Shown here piece after piece: positions 19,665 to 28,167 of a stretch of 64,000 nucleotides of DNA; positions within the stretch are counted from its first letter, which is position 1; every line of letters begins with the position of its first letter. The notes below the pieces were generated by a model. The model made no database searches. It saw only the letters and a program-made list of their open reading frames with translations, and had not been told where the DNA came from. Made by a program: the position numbers and the translations under genes. Source of the DNA: an uncultured Chloracidobacterium sp. GTDB lineage: Bacteria; Acidobacteriota; Blastocatellia; Pyrinomonadales; Pyrinomonadaceae. The stretch is taken from positions 6,003-70,002 of the forward strand of contig CAZGSC010000001.1 of NCBI GenBank assembly GCA_964528325.1, read 5' to 3'.

Positions 19665-21113
19665 CTAAAGGATCCGCAATATCGAGTTAAATCCGCCAAA
19701 TCCGTCTTCTTCCTTAGATCCGTGGCTTGCATCCTCGATCCAACGCGTGACATCTATCAAAAACTTATAGCGATATTCACCTGCCGGCTGACAAGGGATT
19801 GCTGCCTGCCAGAGGCCGTCGTTTGTTCTGTCAAATTTAATGTCATCCTTTCGCCAGCCATTAAAATCACCGCAAAGCGCCACGCTCAAAGCCTCGTCAT
19901 CGTGATACGAAAAAACGATCTGCTTGCCTTCGATACGCGGTGGAAAGTAGCTCTCTGCGTTAAGGAAATGTTCTTCATTCCCAGCCTTTTCAACGGCAAG
20001 TCCTGAGTTCAAGACACCAAAGCCCTGCCTGATCGACGGATGGCCGCTCAATCGTTCGGCGGTCGAGATCAAAATGTTCTTTATCGCTGCGGGTGTAAGT
20101 TTCGGGTTCGCCTCAAGCATCTGCGCGGCGACTGACGCAACTATTGGAGCGGCAAACGAAGTCCCATCGACATGCTGGTAATGCGTAGCGATTATCTTCC
20201 GGTCGATAAGCTCCTGCTCTACGATCGCCCTCGCAGTCGAAATATCCGTGGACAATACATATTCCGGCAATCCCGCGTCCTGCCAGTTATCAATATAGGT
20301 CTTGCGAAATGAGTAGTCGGGCGAGTTTGCGATAAATGAAAGTATCTCTGCCTGCCGATAGTTTTTGCTGTTCGGCAGTATCGGCGCCGCGACATACATC
20401 GCCGGAGCGATGAGTTCCGGTTTGATCAAACCATCGGCGGTTACGCCAAAGCTCGAATGATAAAGGTCATAGTTATCGGTGGAAAACTGATTTTCGTCGC
20501 TATAGCCGCCTACTGTAATAACCGACGGCGCGTTTGCCGGTGGAATCGACCGCGACTCGGCTGAGTTCCCTGCCGCCACGGTAACGACAACACCTGATGC
20601 AACCAGCTCTTCCGTCAAACGGTTTACGCAGCTTTCTCGTGTAGGCAGATCAGCGTCACCACCGAGCGACATATTTAATACACGAATTCCGTATTTCTCT
20701 CGATTCGTGATCACCCATCGCAATCCTTTCTCGATCGATTCGTCGGCAATGCGGCCATTATCGGAAACTTTGACAAGAACGAGATTCGCTTCAGACGCGA
20801 GACCGCGGTAGATACCGTCGGACAGTTTTCCGTCGCCCGCACAAGAAACGACGGTCTGCGTACCATGCCAATGATGTCCCTTTGGTTCCCCGATCGGATC
20901 GAGCGATTGTTCCGCTCCGGTCACGTCATGAAATGCGACAACGCGATCGGCAAAATCCGGATGCGGGAAAAAGCCCGAATCCAAAAAAGCGATAGTCACG
21001 TCGTGGCCGGAAAATTCCCGGCTTGCATTTAATTTTTCGGCTGTGGGGATCACCGCGAAACGATTTTGAACGTGAAGGTGATCGTGTGAATAGGTGATCA
21101 TTGAATCCAGCAT
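19665..21113 (-). CDS. subtilisin-like S8 serine peptidase with a C-terminal glycogen-binding (CBM48/AMPK-beta-like) domain
   Basis: The catalytic triad contexts are present: AFLDSGF (Asp), HWHGTQ (His), GTSFAAPIVA (Ser). The C-terminus LCGDFNGWRKDDIKF...DGLWQAAIP...GEYRYKFLID resembles the E-set/CBM48 fold. No obvious signal peptide. Confidence 0.75.
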   Translation of the reverse strand: MLDSMITYSHDHLHVQNRFAVIPTAEKLNASREFSGHDVTIAFLDSGFFPHPDFADRVVAFHDVTGAEQSLDPIGEPKGHHWHGTQTVVSCAGDGKLSDGIYRGLASEANLVLVKVSDNGRIADESIEKGLRWVITNREKYGIRVLNMSLGGDADLPTRESCVNRLTEELVASGVVVTVAAGNSAESRSIPPANAPSVITVGGYSDENQFSTDNYDLYHSSFGVTADGLIKPELIAPAMYVAAPILPNSKNYRQAEILSFIANSPDYSFRKTYIDNWQDAGLPEYVLSTDISTARAIVEQELIDRKIIATHYQHVDGTSFAAPIVASVAAQMLEANPKLTPAAIKNILISTAERLSGHPSIRQGFGVLNSGLAVEKAGNEEHFLNAESYFPPRIEGKQIVFSYHDDEALSVALCGDFNGWRKDDIKFDRTNDGLWQAAIPCQPAGEYRYKFLIDVTRWIEDASHGSKEEDGFGGFNSILRIL

Positions 21114-21172
21114 ATTTTTGTCGGCGTTCGCGAACGAACCCCCGACTCGCTAAATCACACGTTTCGCCGGGA

Positions 21173-21481
21173 TTATTCCCGAAGACAAGAATTGCAGGAA
21201 GATCTCGTATCTAAATGCACGCACACGCGGCTATCATGATCACCATGAAGACGTTCTTCCTGGGTGCTCATTGCTGTGCTAATGAATTTGATTTGCTTTA
21301 GGTACTGCCGGCAGGCTTTGCACGTGATCAGGTGAATGAGTAAGACGATCTTTTCGCGGATGGAAATGCTGCGGTCTAGCGATTCACCGAGCATCGGAGT
21401 CACTTCTCTGCATACAGACAACCGTCTGGCGAACCAGTAAGTCACGGCTGATCTCAGCCTGTCAAAATGATCGTGTCCCAT
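21173..21481 (-). CDS. small zf-HC2 (ZAS-type) putative anti-sigma factor, paralog 2
   Basis: It has the HLITCKAC (H-x3-C-x2-C) motif with an upstream Cys. It is similar in length and pattern to 21542-21856. No transmembrane segment. Confidence 0.55.
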   Translation of the reverse strand: MGHDHFDRLRSAVTYWFARRLSVCREVTPMLGESLDRSISIREKIVLLIHLITCKACRQYLKQIKFISTAMSTQEERLHGDHDSRVCVHLDTRSSCNSCLRE

Positions 21482-21541
21482 AGCCGTTCGACCGCCTTTA
21501 GTGAAAGCACGGTCAAACGCTCATTTATTCCAGATCGAGGG

Positions 21542-21856
21542 TTAGATTGTGGAATTCAACAGGTTCTTGATTCGTGCCCGGGCCTCGTCGCTCAGGCGGC
21601 CGGCGAAAACATCTTCCTTAAGCTTGTCATCGAGGTCGTGAGTGGCGTGATGAAGGAACTCGGATTGCTCCAAATATCGGGCACATGGACGGCATGCGGC
21701 CAGATGAAGCCGCGTTATCAATTTTTCGCGCAAAGTTAACCTGCGGTCTAGCGATGCAGAAATGATCTGGACGATCTCTTTACACGGCGGCAGCCTGCGA
21801 TGGATCACCAATTCTATCCGCTGCCGTATCTTTTTAGTTATATTCAATTCGCCCAT
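21542..21856 (-). CDS. small zf-HC2 (ZAS-type) putative anti-sigma factor, paralog 1
   Basis: It has the HLAACRPC (H-x3-C-x2-C) motif plus PPCKE. It lies 8 nt downstream of the ECF sigma gene. Confidence 0.6.
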   Translation of the reverse strand: MGELNITKKIRQRIELVIHRRLPPCKEIVQIISASLDRRLTLREKLITRLHLAACRPCARYLEQSEFLHHATHDLDDKLKEDVFAGRLSDEARARIKNLLNSTI

Positions 21857-21863
21857 TTGATAT

Positions 21864-22529
21864 TCACTTTTCCTTCATGAACCAATTTATTTCTACACAC
21901 CTGCGCAATGACATCCGTGCCCTGTGCATCATCACCCAAAAGTTGTTTGGTGAAAGAGACAGGATCTCGCATATCTCTTCGCTGTCCAGCCCGTTCATTT
22001 CCCTGAGGCTAAAACAGTTTGCCACGCGCTCCGGCAATTTGGAAAGGCAGTTTTGCAATACGCCGAAGAATTCCGTTTGATTCAACGCCTCGTCAGGTGA
22101 CGATTTCCAGATGCGCGGGCTAAGCGTGTCGTGCCAATGATCTTTGAATTCATCCTGCCGCTCAAACAGCGGGTCAAATTCCGTAAGGTCCGTTTCCGAC
22201 GGATCGAGCGGTACTTCGCGGCTCGTTTTTCTATAATGATCGATGATCTTGTGCTTCAAAATGCCGATCAGCCATGTACGCTCTGCCGACTTTCCGGTGT
22301 AAGAAGACATCGATTGAATTGCGGACAGCAAAGTTTCCTGCACAATGTCTTCTGCGGCAGCCTCATCGCGGAGGCGAACCACTGCATACCTGAAAAGGCA
22401 ATCGCCATGGTTATCGACCCAGCCTGAGGGATCGATGGTGATGGCATCGCTCGAATCTGCGGATAGGGCTTCAGCGGTTTGCATATTCGTACCCGAAAAA
22501 GGCAATGAAACAGCTTCCGAATGCATCAT
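21864..22529 (-). CDS. ECF-type RNA polymerase sigma-70 family factor
   Basis: Region 2 (FRYAVVRLRDEAAAEDIVQETLLSA...W) and region 4 (LPERVANCFSLREMNGLDSEEICEILSLSPNNFWVMMHRARMSLR) are recognisable. Confidence 0.8.
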   Translation of the reverse strand: MMHSEAVSLPFSGTNMQTAEALSADSSDAITIDPSGWVDNHGDCLFRYAVVRLRDEAAAEDIVQETLLSAIQSMSSYTGKSAERTWLIGILKHKIIDHYRKTSREVPLDPSETDLTEFDPLFERQDEFKDHWHDTLSPRIWKSSPDEALNQTEFFGVLQNCLSKLPERVANCFSLREMNGLDSEEICEILSLSPNNFWVMMHRARMSLRRCVEINWFMKEK

Positions 22530-22530
22530 A

Positions 22531-22776
22531 TCATCCTCTGATGCCTTTTTTGATCGCGTCGATCAAAGTTTGCGGCGCCCGTTCCCTTTCGACCGCACGC
22601 TTTACTACGCGGCGGAGCCGCAGATCGCCATTTACATCATCAAAAGTTTTCAGCGGCAGTTGGGAAAAAGATCGGATATCGAACATCGGGTTTTGCCCGG
22701 CGAATCTTTGTGCATTCGCGGTCCTTTCGGAAAATTTGCTCATTTGACGGCCTCCTGGTGTCACAAACGTCTTCAT
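22531..22776 (-). CDS. hypothetical small protein, first gene of the ECF sigma operon
   Basis: This is an 81-aa ORF ending 1 nt before the sigma gene's start, on the same strand. I recognise no family. Confidence 0.35.
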   Translation of the reverse strand: MKTFVTPGGRQMSKFSERTANAQRFAGQNPMFDIRSFSQLPLKTFDDVNGDLRLRRVVKRAVERERAPQTLIDAIKKGIRG

Positions 22777-22892
22777 ACATCTTCTTTATTAAAACTGCCG
22801 CTGTTTTTATTCCAATTTAATTGTGGGATGGAATATTTTCGAGCGCTGCAGCAATAGCAAGGTACGCACCAGTCTGCGTTGAAAGCAATAAT

Positions 22893-24221
22893 ATGGATAA
22901 GAAAACTAAAATACTGATACTTGGCAGCGGTTTTGGTGGCCTGTACACCGCGCTGAATCTCGACAAGACCTTGGCTCGTGACGAGGACGTCGAGATCACG
23001 CTCGTCAACCGCGAAAACTTTTTCCTCTTTACGCCGATGCTGCACGAAGTTGCGGCGAGCGATCTCGACATCACGCACATTGTCAGCCCCGTTCGCAAAC
23101 TACTAAAGCGCGTCAAGATCTTTAACGGCAGTGTCGAGAATATAGACCTTGCTGCCAAAACCGTAAGCGTCTCGCATGGCAAGGAACACCATCATCATGA
23201 GTTGGAATACGACCATCTCGTGCTTTCGCTCGGCTCGATCACCAATTTTTACGGGAACAAGGGCCTCGAAGAGAACGCCCTGACGATGAAATCCCTCGGC
23301 GATGCGATCTATCTCAGAAATCACATGATCTCAAATCTTGAGGAGGCCGATTTCGAATGCTGTCCGAAGGTTCGCGAGCCGCTGGTGAATTTTGTCGTCG
23401 CGGGCGGCGGCTTTGCGGGCGTAGAAACGATCGCAGGGATCAATGATTTTCTGCGCGAAGCACTAAAATTTTATCCGCACCTTACCGAGGATATGCTGCG
23501 TATCGTTCTGGTTCACGCGGGGGACACGATCTTGCCGGAATTGAGCGAAAAGCTGGGCAAATACTCACAAAAGAAACTCGCTGCACGCGGCGTCGAGATA
23601 CATTTGAATACCAAAGTATCGAAGGTTGACGGCAATCTGGTCACCCTCAGCGACGGCACCGAGATCATCACGAACACAATGATCTGGACCGCGGGAACCG
23701 CGCCAAGCCCTTTGCTCGACACGCTGCCGTGCGACAAAGACCGCGGCAAGGTGTGTGCGAATGAGTTTATGGCAGTGCCCGGTTTCGAAGGCGTATGGGC
23801 CGTCGGCGACAGCGCGGCTATAGTCGATCCAAAAACAGGCAAACTTTATCCGCCGACCGCACAGCACGCGATCAGGCAAGGCAGGATACTCGCCCACAAT
23901 ATACGAGCGTCGATCCGCGGCGGCAAAATGAAACCGTTCGTTTTTGAAACAATCGGGCAGCTTGCGGCTCTCGGACGGCGAACGGGCGTTGCACAGATAT
24001 TCGGTTACAACTTCTCAGGCTTTATCGCCTGGTGGCTGTGGCGGACGATATACTTGATGAAACTGCCGCGTTTCGAAAAAAAACTAAGAGTAGCTCTCGA
24101 CTGGACGCTGGATCTGCTCTTTCAGAAAGATCCCGTGCAATTCCTGACATTGCGGTCACCGACCGTCTCAACCATGGAATCAACGGCACCTCCACGGACG
24201 TATATAGCGACCGCCAGGTAA
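22893..24221 (+). CDS. ndh: type II NADH dehydrogenase (NDH-2), copy 1
   Basis: The start is taken at MDKKTKILILGSGFGGLYTA (first dinucleotide fold). A second fold is at FVVAGGGFAGVE, followed by WAVGDSA. Confidence 0.8.
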   Translation: MDKKTKILILGSGFGGLYTALNLDKTLARDEDVEITLVNRENFFLFTPMLHEVAASDLDITHIVSPVRKLLKRVKIFNGSVENIDLAAKTVSVSHGKEHHHHELEYDHLVLSLGSITNFYGNKGLEENALTMKSLGDAIYLRNHMISNLEEADFECCPKVREPLVNFVVAGGGFAGVETIAGINDFLREALKFYPHLTEDMLRIVLVHAGDTILPELSEKLGKYSQKKLAARGVEIHLNTKVSKVDGNLVTLSDGTEIITNTMIWTAGTAPSPLLDTLPCDKDRGKVCANEFMAVPGFEGVWAVGDSAAIVDPKTGKLYPPTAQHAIRQGRILAHNIRASIRGGKMKPFVFETIGQLAALGRRTGVAQIFGYNFSGFIAWWLWRTIYLMKLPRFEKKLRVALDWTLDLLFQKDPVQFLTLRSPTVSTMESTAPPRTYIATAR

Positions 24222-24250
24222 CCCGCAGTATCAACCTCAGCCACGCCCTT

Positions 24251-24283
24251 GGGATGAAAAAGCGATTTTTCATCCCATTTTTA
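24251..24283 (+). terminator. intrinsic terminator after ndh copy 1
   Basis: The hairpin is GGGATGAAAAAgcgaTTTTTCATCCC, followed by ATTTTTATT. Confidence 0.7.
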
Positions 24284-24393
24284 TTGCCTCAAAAAAATAA
24301 TGAAAAAAAATAAAAAATATCTGTAAGGATTCCGTCGCCCAAACGACAAATGGTTGTGGCAGTTATTTTTCAAACTTTTTAAGGAGCAATACT

Positions 24394-24942
24394 ATGACCG
24401 AGATCACACCAGAAATTTTCGAAGCCGAAGCGATGCAGCATATCGACGACCTTTATCGCACGGCCAAGCGTTTGACCCGCAGCGAGACCGAAGCCGACGA
24501 CCTCGTCCAGGAAACCTACATGCAGGCATGGAAATCATTTGACCGCTATGAGATCGGTACCAATTGCCGAGCATGGCTGTACAAGATCCTTTTCAACAAG
24601 TACGATCACCATCGCCGCAAACAGTACACGCAATCGAAATACTTTCAGGAAGCGGACGAGTTCCTCTTTGATATCTCAGCCGCCGCTCCGTCGGTTCCCG
24701 AATATCTGACCGACCGCGAAGTCATCTCGGCCCTCGACAAGCTGCCCGAACATTACCGTTCCGTTGTCCTGCTCGCCGACGTTCACGAATTTGACTACAA
24801 GGAGATCGCTCAGATCCTCGAAATCCCTATGGGCACCGTTATGTCGCGTCTAAACCGCGCCAGGACACAGCTCAAAAAGTCTCTTGCCGGAGTCGCCCGT
24901 TCATACGGCATCAGATCCGCAAATCTCGCAGTAACCGCATAA
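24394..24942 (+). CDS. ECF-type sigma-70 family factor with no adjacent anti-sigma gene
   Basis: Recognisable motifs are DDLVQETYMQAWKSFDRY and LPEHYRSVVLLADVHEFDYKEIAQILEIPMGTVMSRLNRAR. Confidence 0.8.
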   Translation: MTEITPEIFEAEAMQHIDDLYRTAKRLTRSETEADDLVQETYMQAWKSFDRYEIGTNCRAWLYKILFNKYDHHRRKQYTQSKYFQEADEFLFDISAAAPSVPEYLTDREVISALDKLPEHYRSVVLLADVHEFDYKEIAQILEIPMGTVMSRLNRARTQLKKSLAGVARSYGIRSANLAVTA

Positions 24943-24988
24943 TACCCGCATTTATCCTTTCATCCTCCTCCTCAAAGAGACTTACAAG

Positions 24989-25027
24989 CGCTGGGATCTG
25001 ATGATCCCGGCGTTATTTTTTTTGTTT
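24989..25027. terminator. intrinsic terminator between convergent genes
   Basis: The hairpin is CGCTGGGATCtgatGATCCCGGCG, followed by TTATTTTTTTTGTTTTG. It lies between the sigma gene (+) and the sigma54 activator gene (-). Confidence 0.65.
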
Positions 25028-25074
25028 TGCATCTGAAAGGTCAAAATAATGGGCGCTGATTTTTTGTCATCCGG

Positions 25075-26682
25075 CTAAGGCCGCAGCGGAATATTCATTG
25101 ACTTGATTCGTGAAATTAGGGTTGTTGGCTTGATACCGAGAAGCTGGGCGGCTCCGTTTGAGCCATAGATCTTGTAGTTGGTTTCACGTAAGGCCCCGAT
25201 AAGATTCTCGCGTTCCATCTCCTTTAGTTCGGCGTAGTTTCTTATCCTCACGCTCGCTTTTTCAGTTTCGGCGTCTGGAAGACTATCTACTTTAAGTAGC
25301 CGGTCTATAATTTGCGGCAACGTGAAATTCAAATGGCCGCTTTGAGCCATGATTACCGCTCGCTCGATAACATTTTGCAGTTCGCGGACATTGCCCGGGA
25401 AAGAATAGCCTTGAAGAACCTTTATGTCATCGCGGGATAGCTTTAGCGATGCCTTCTGAGTTCTAACCGCCAGAGTATCGAGAAAGTGCCGGGCCAACGG
25501 TTCGATGTCTTCGGGCCGATCGCGCAGAGGGGGCAAATGGATAGGAAAAACGCTTATGCGATAGAAAAGGTCTTGCCGGAAATGTCCCTTTTCCACCTCT
25601 GTCCAGAGATCGCGATTGGTAGCGGCGATGACACGGACATTGACAGTACGGGTACGGTCCTCACCAACGCGTTCGAATTGCCTTTCCTGAAGTACTCGCA
25701 GCAGCTTTCCCTGTAACGCGAGTGGAAGTTCGCCGATCTCATCGAGAAAGATCGTGCCGCCGTCAGCAAGCTGAAATCGCCCGACGCGGTCTTTGAAAGC
25801 ACCGGTAAAAGCTCCTTTTACGTGCCCAAAAAACTCGCTTTCGAAAAGCTCCGTAGAGATCGCGGCACAATTTACGCGAACGAGTGGTTTGTCACGTCGT
25901 GGTCCCGCTTCGTGCAGTGCGCGGGCGACCATTTCCTTTCCCGTCCCGCTCTCACCTGTTAATAGGACGGTCGCTTCGGAAGATCCGACAAGTTGGATCT
26001 GCTGGACGATCTTTGCCCATACCGGACTCTCACCAATTAGGAATTTGTGCCGGGTGGTTTCGTTGATCTCTTCGCGAAGGTATTCGTTCTCATCTTTCAA
26101 CTGACTGCGGAGCTTGTCGATCTCTTCGAATGCCCGCGCATTTGCGATAGCGATCGAGGCCTGCTCCGCAAAGACGCGCAGCCACTCAAAACTCTCTTGA
26201 CTAATATTTTTTCGCGAAAAGACGGCGACGACGCCTAGTAGATCGTTCTTAAATTTGAGTGGGTGCGCGGCAAAGCCCTCGATCTTTTCAGCTACGACCC
26301 AATCTTGATCTGCGATCCACGAGTTTTTCTGTACGCTCAAATTGTCAAGCAGGATCGATTTGCCGCTCTCCGCGACATGCCCTACCTTTCGCACACCGAT
26401 CGGAAATCGCTGAAATCTGCCGCTGATATTCGACCATACGTTTTTGCCGGCAAGATCTCTACCGGCACTCGCGGTAAGGTGGAGGCAGCGATCCTGATTT
26501 GGACAGATCGGCCGCATGACACACGACTCGCAAATATCGCCCTTTTCGATCAGCCAGATCCGTGCCAACGCTACTCCGTCATGTTCAAACATCTGCGAAA
26601 CGATAGCTTTCAGAGTTTCCTCGACCGGGCTATTTCGGACGATCAACTCGTTGATTGAATCGAATGCGATCTCTGATCTCAT
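25075..26682 (-). CDS. sigma54-dependent transcriptional activator (GAF sensor, AAA+ domain, Fis-type HTH)
   Basis: AAA+ motifs are present: VLLTGESGTGKE (Walker A), the sigma54-contact loop ESEFFGHVKGAFTGA, and GTIFLDEIGE (Walker B). The C-terminal HTH is AAQLLGIKPTTLISRIK. The N-terminal ~190 aa are GAF-like. Confidence 0.85.
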   Translation of the reverse strand: MRSEIAFDSINELIVRNSPVEETLKAIVSQMFEHDGVALARIWLIEKGDICESCVMRPICPNQDRCLHLTASAGRDLAGKNVWSNISGRFQRFPIGVRKVGHVAESGKSILLDNLSVQKNSWIADQDWVVAEKIEGFAAHPLKFKNDLLGVVAVFSRKNISQESFEWLRVFAEQASIAIANARAFEEIDKLRSQLKDENEYLREEINETTRHKFLIGESPVWAKIVQQIQLVGSSEATVLLTGESGTGKEMVARALHEAGPRRDKPLVRVNCAAISTELFESEFFGHVKGAFTGAFKDRVGRFQLADGGTIFLDEIGELPLALQGKLLRVLQERQFERVGEDRTRTVNVRVIAATNRDLWTEVEKGHFRQDLFYRISVFPIHLPPLRDRPEDIEPLARHFLDTLAVRTQKASLKLSRDDIKVLQGYSFPGNVRELQNVIERAVIMAQSGHLNFTLPQIIDRLLKVDSLPDAETEKASVRIRNYAELKEMERENLIGALRETNYKIYGSNGAAQLLGIKPTTLISRIKSMNIPLRP

Positions 26683-26716
26683 AGTCCACCCGTCTTAACT
26701 TTACCTCAAAATGTTA

Positions 26717-26776
26717 TTACAACGATATTTCGTTGTCGTTACAACGATATTTCATTGTATCACGATATATCGTTGA
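26717..26776. promoter_or_regulatory. three inverted-repeat sites, probable UAS for the adjacent sigma54 activator
   Basis: Two sites are TTACAACGATATTTCGTTGT (26717-26736) and TTACAACGATATTTCATTGT (26739-26758). Each contains ACAACGA-N4-TC(G/A)TTGT. The third is TCACGATATATCGTTGA (26760-26776). They lie about 70-125 bp upstream of the -24/-12 element. Confidence 0.6.
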
Positions 26777-26841
26777 CAACCGAAATAAATAATTTCGCCA
26801 TTAGCTATTTAGAATCAATGGTTTATGGATTTTTCGATCTC

Positions 26842-26857
26842 TGGCACGCGTTATGCA
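26842..26857 (+). promoter_or_regulatory. sigma54 (-24/-12) promoter
   Basis: TGGCACgcgttATGCA matches TGGCAC-N5-TTGCW at all but one position. It lies about 60 nt upstream of the ATG at 26917. Confidence 0.65.
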
Positions 26858-26916
26858 CTAATAGACGGCGTGAGAAAGCAGTATAACCAATAGTTCGAAA
26901 AAAGGAGATAAAAAAA

Positions 26917-27474
26917 ATGCAGAAAATTACAGCGATCAATCATGAAACAGCAGAAGGAAAAGCGAAAGAACTTCTTGACGGAGTTAAAGCAAAGATCGGG
27001 TTCGCACCGAACATGATGAAGACAATGGCCCAGTCACCAAAAGTGTTGGAAGCCTACCTAACGCTTAGCGGCACACTCGGAACGACACTCAACGCAAAGC
27101 TGCGGGAAGAGATCGCATTGACCACCGCCGAGATCAATGGCTGCGGTTATTGTGCGGCTGCCCATTCGGCGATCGGAAAAATGTCGGGGCTTGATGATGC
27201 GGCGATCGCAAACGCCCGCCGGGCTTCGTCGGACGATGCCAAGACAGATGCTGCGTTGAAATTTGCAGCCGCTCTGGTCCTGAGCCGGGGTAAAGTGTCC
27301 GAAGATGATCTAAAAGCAGTTCGGACGGCAGGATTTACGGATGGCGAGGTCAGCGAGATCGTCGCTCATGTTGCGTTAAATATCTTTACCAACTACTTTA
27401 ACGAAACTGCCGGGACAGAAGTTGATTTCCCGGCTATCGAATTCCCGCTTGCAAGCCGTGCCGCTAGTGCATAA
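26917..27474 (+). CDS. carboxymuconolactone decarboxylase / AhpD-like family protein
   Basis: It has the CxxC-containing motif EINGCGYCAAAH and an AGGAGA Shine-Dalgarno-like element upstream. Confidence 0.75.
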   Translation: MQKITAINHETAEGKAKELLDGVKAKIGFAPNMMKTMAQSPKVLEAYLTLSGTLGTTLNAKLREEIALTTAEINGCGYCAAAHSAIGKMSGLDDAAIANARRASSDDAKTDAALKFAAALVLSRGKVSEDDLKAVRTAGFTDGEVSEIVAHVALNIFTNYFNETAGTEVDFPAIEFPLASRAASA

Positions 27475-27480
27475 ATACTG

Positions 27481-27521
27481 AGGCTGCGGATCGGTTATCA
27501 ACCTTTCCGCAGCCTTTTTTT
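27481..27521 (+). terminator. intrinsic terminator-like hairpin between the AhpD-like gene and the next gene
   Basis: The hairpin is AGGCTGCGGAtcggttatcaaccttTCCGCAGCCT, followed by TTTTTT. The next gene's GGAGGG element and start follow within about 14 nt. Confidence 0.6.
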
Positions 27522-27534
27522 GGAGGGACTTGAA

Positions 27535-28152
27535 ATGTCGCATAAATTTTTTGACCTAACATTCACGCCGAGCGTTAAGGCAGCACAGGAACATTACGGA
27601 ACGCGCAAAAACTATACCCGCTTTGAGGGTGGCGAGCCGGATTTTCATGGGCTTTCGGATGCGGAGAATGACTTCATTGAAGCCCGCGACGGCTTTTATA
27701 TCGCAACAGTGAATGAGGACGGACAGCCTTATATCCAGTTTCGCGGCGGCCCGAGAGGATTTCTAAAGGTTCTGGACGAACGCACACTTGGCTACGCCGA
27801 TTTTCGCGGCAACTTGCAATACATCAGTGTTGGAAATCTGGCTGCAAATGATAAGGCGGCGCTTTTTCTGATGGACTATGCGAACAAAGCTCGTCTAAAG
27901 ATCCTCGTTCGTGTTGAGGTCAAAGACGCAAAAGACGCTCCTGAAAGAATAACGGAATTAACGATGCCCGGATACAAGGCAAAGATCGAGCGTGCGATGA
28001 TCTTGCACGTCGAGGCGTTTGACTGGAACTGTCCGCAACATATTACACCGCGTTACACAATGGATGAGATCCGCATAATGACCGCGCCGCTTTACGAACA
28101 GATCGAGAAACTGGAAAAGGAGATCTCGGTACTAACGAGTAATAAGAAATGA
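27535..28152 (+). CDS. pyridoxamine 5'-phosphate oxidase-related FMN-binding protein
   Basis: The start is taken at MSHKFFD, after GGAGGG. The sequence ...FIEARDGFYIATVNEDGQPYIQFRGGPRGFLKVLD...LGYADFRGN is typical of the PNPOx-like split-barrel family. Confidence 0.6.
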   Translation: MSHKFFDLTFTPSVKAAQEHYGTRKNYTRFEGGEPDFHGLSDAENDFIEARDGFYIATVNEDGQPYIQFRGGPRGFLKVLDERTLGYADFRGNLQYISVGNLAANDKAALFLMDYANKARLKILVRVEVKDAKDAPERITELTMPGYKAKIERAMILHVEAFDWNCPQHITPRYTMDEIRIMTAPLYEQIEKLEKEISVLTSNKK

Positions 28153-28167
28153 AATGGCTGCTGCCGG

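Noticed and set aside
26717-26776. Inverted repeats as IS/MITE termini
   Set aside because: There is no second distant copy, no target-site duplication and no transposase. Their position upstream of a -24/-12 element and next to the activator gene fits enhancer-binding-protein sites better.
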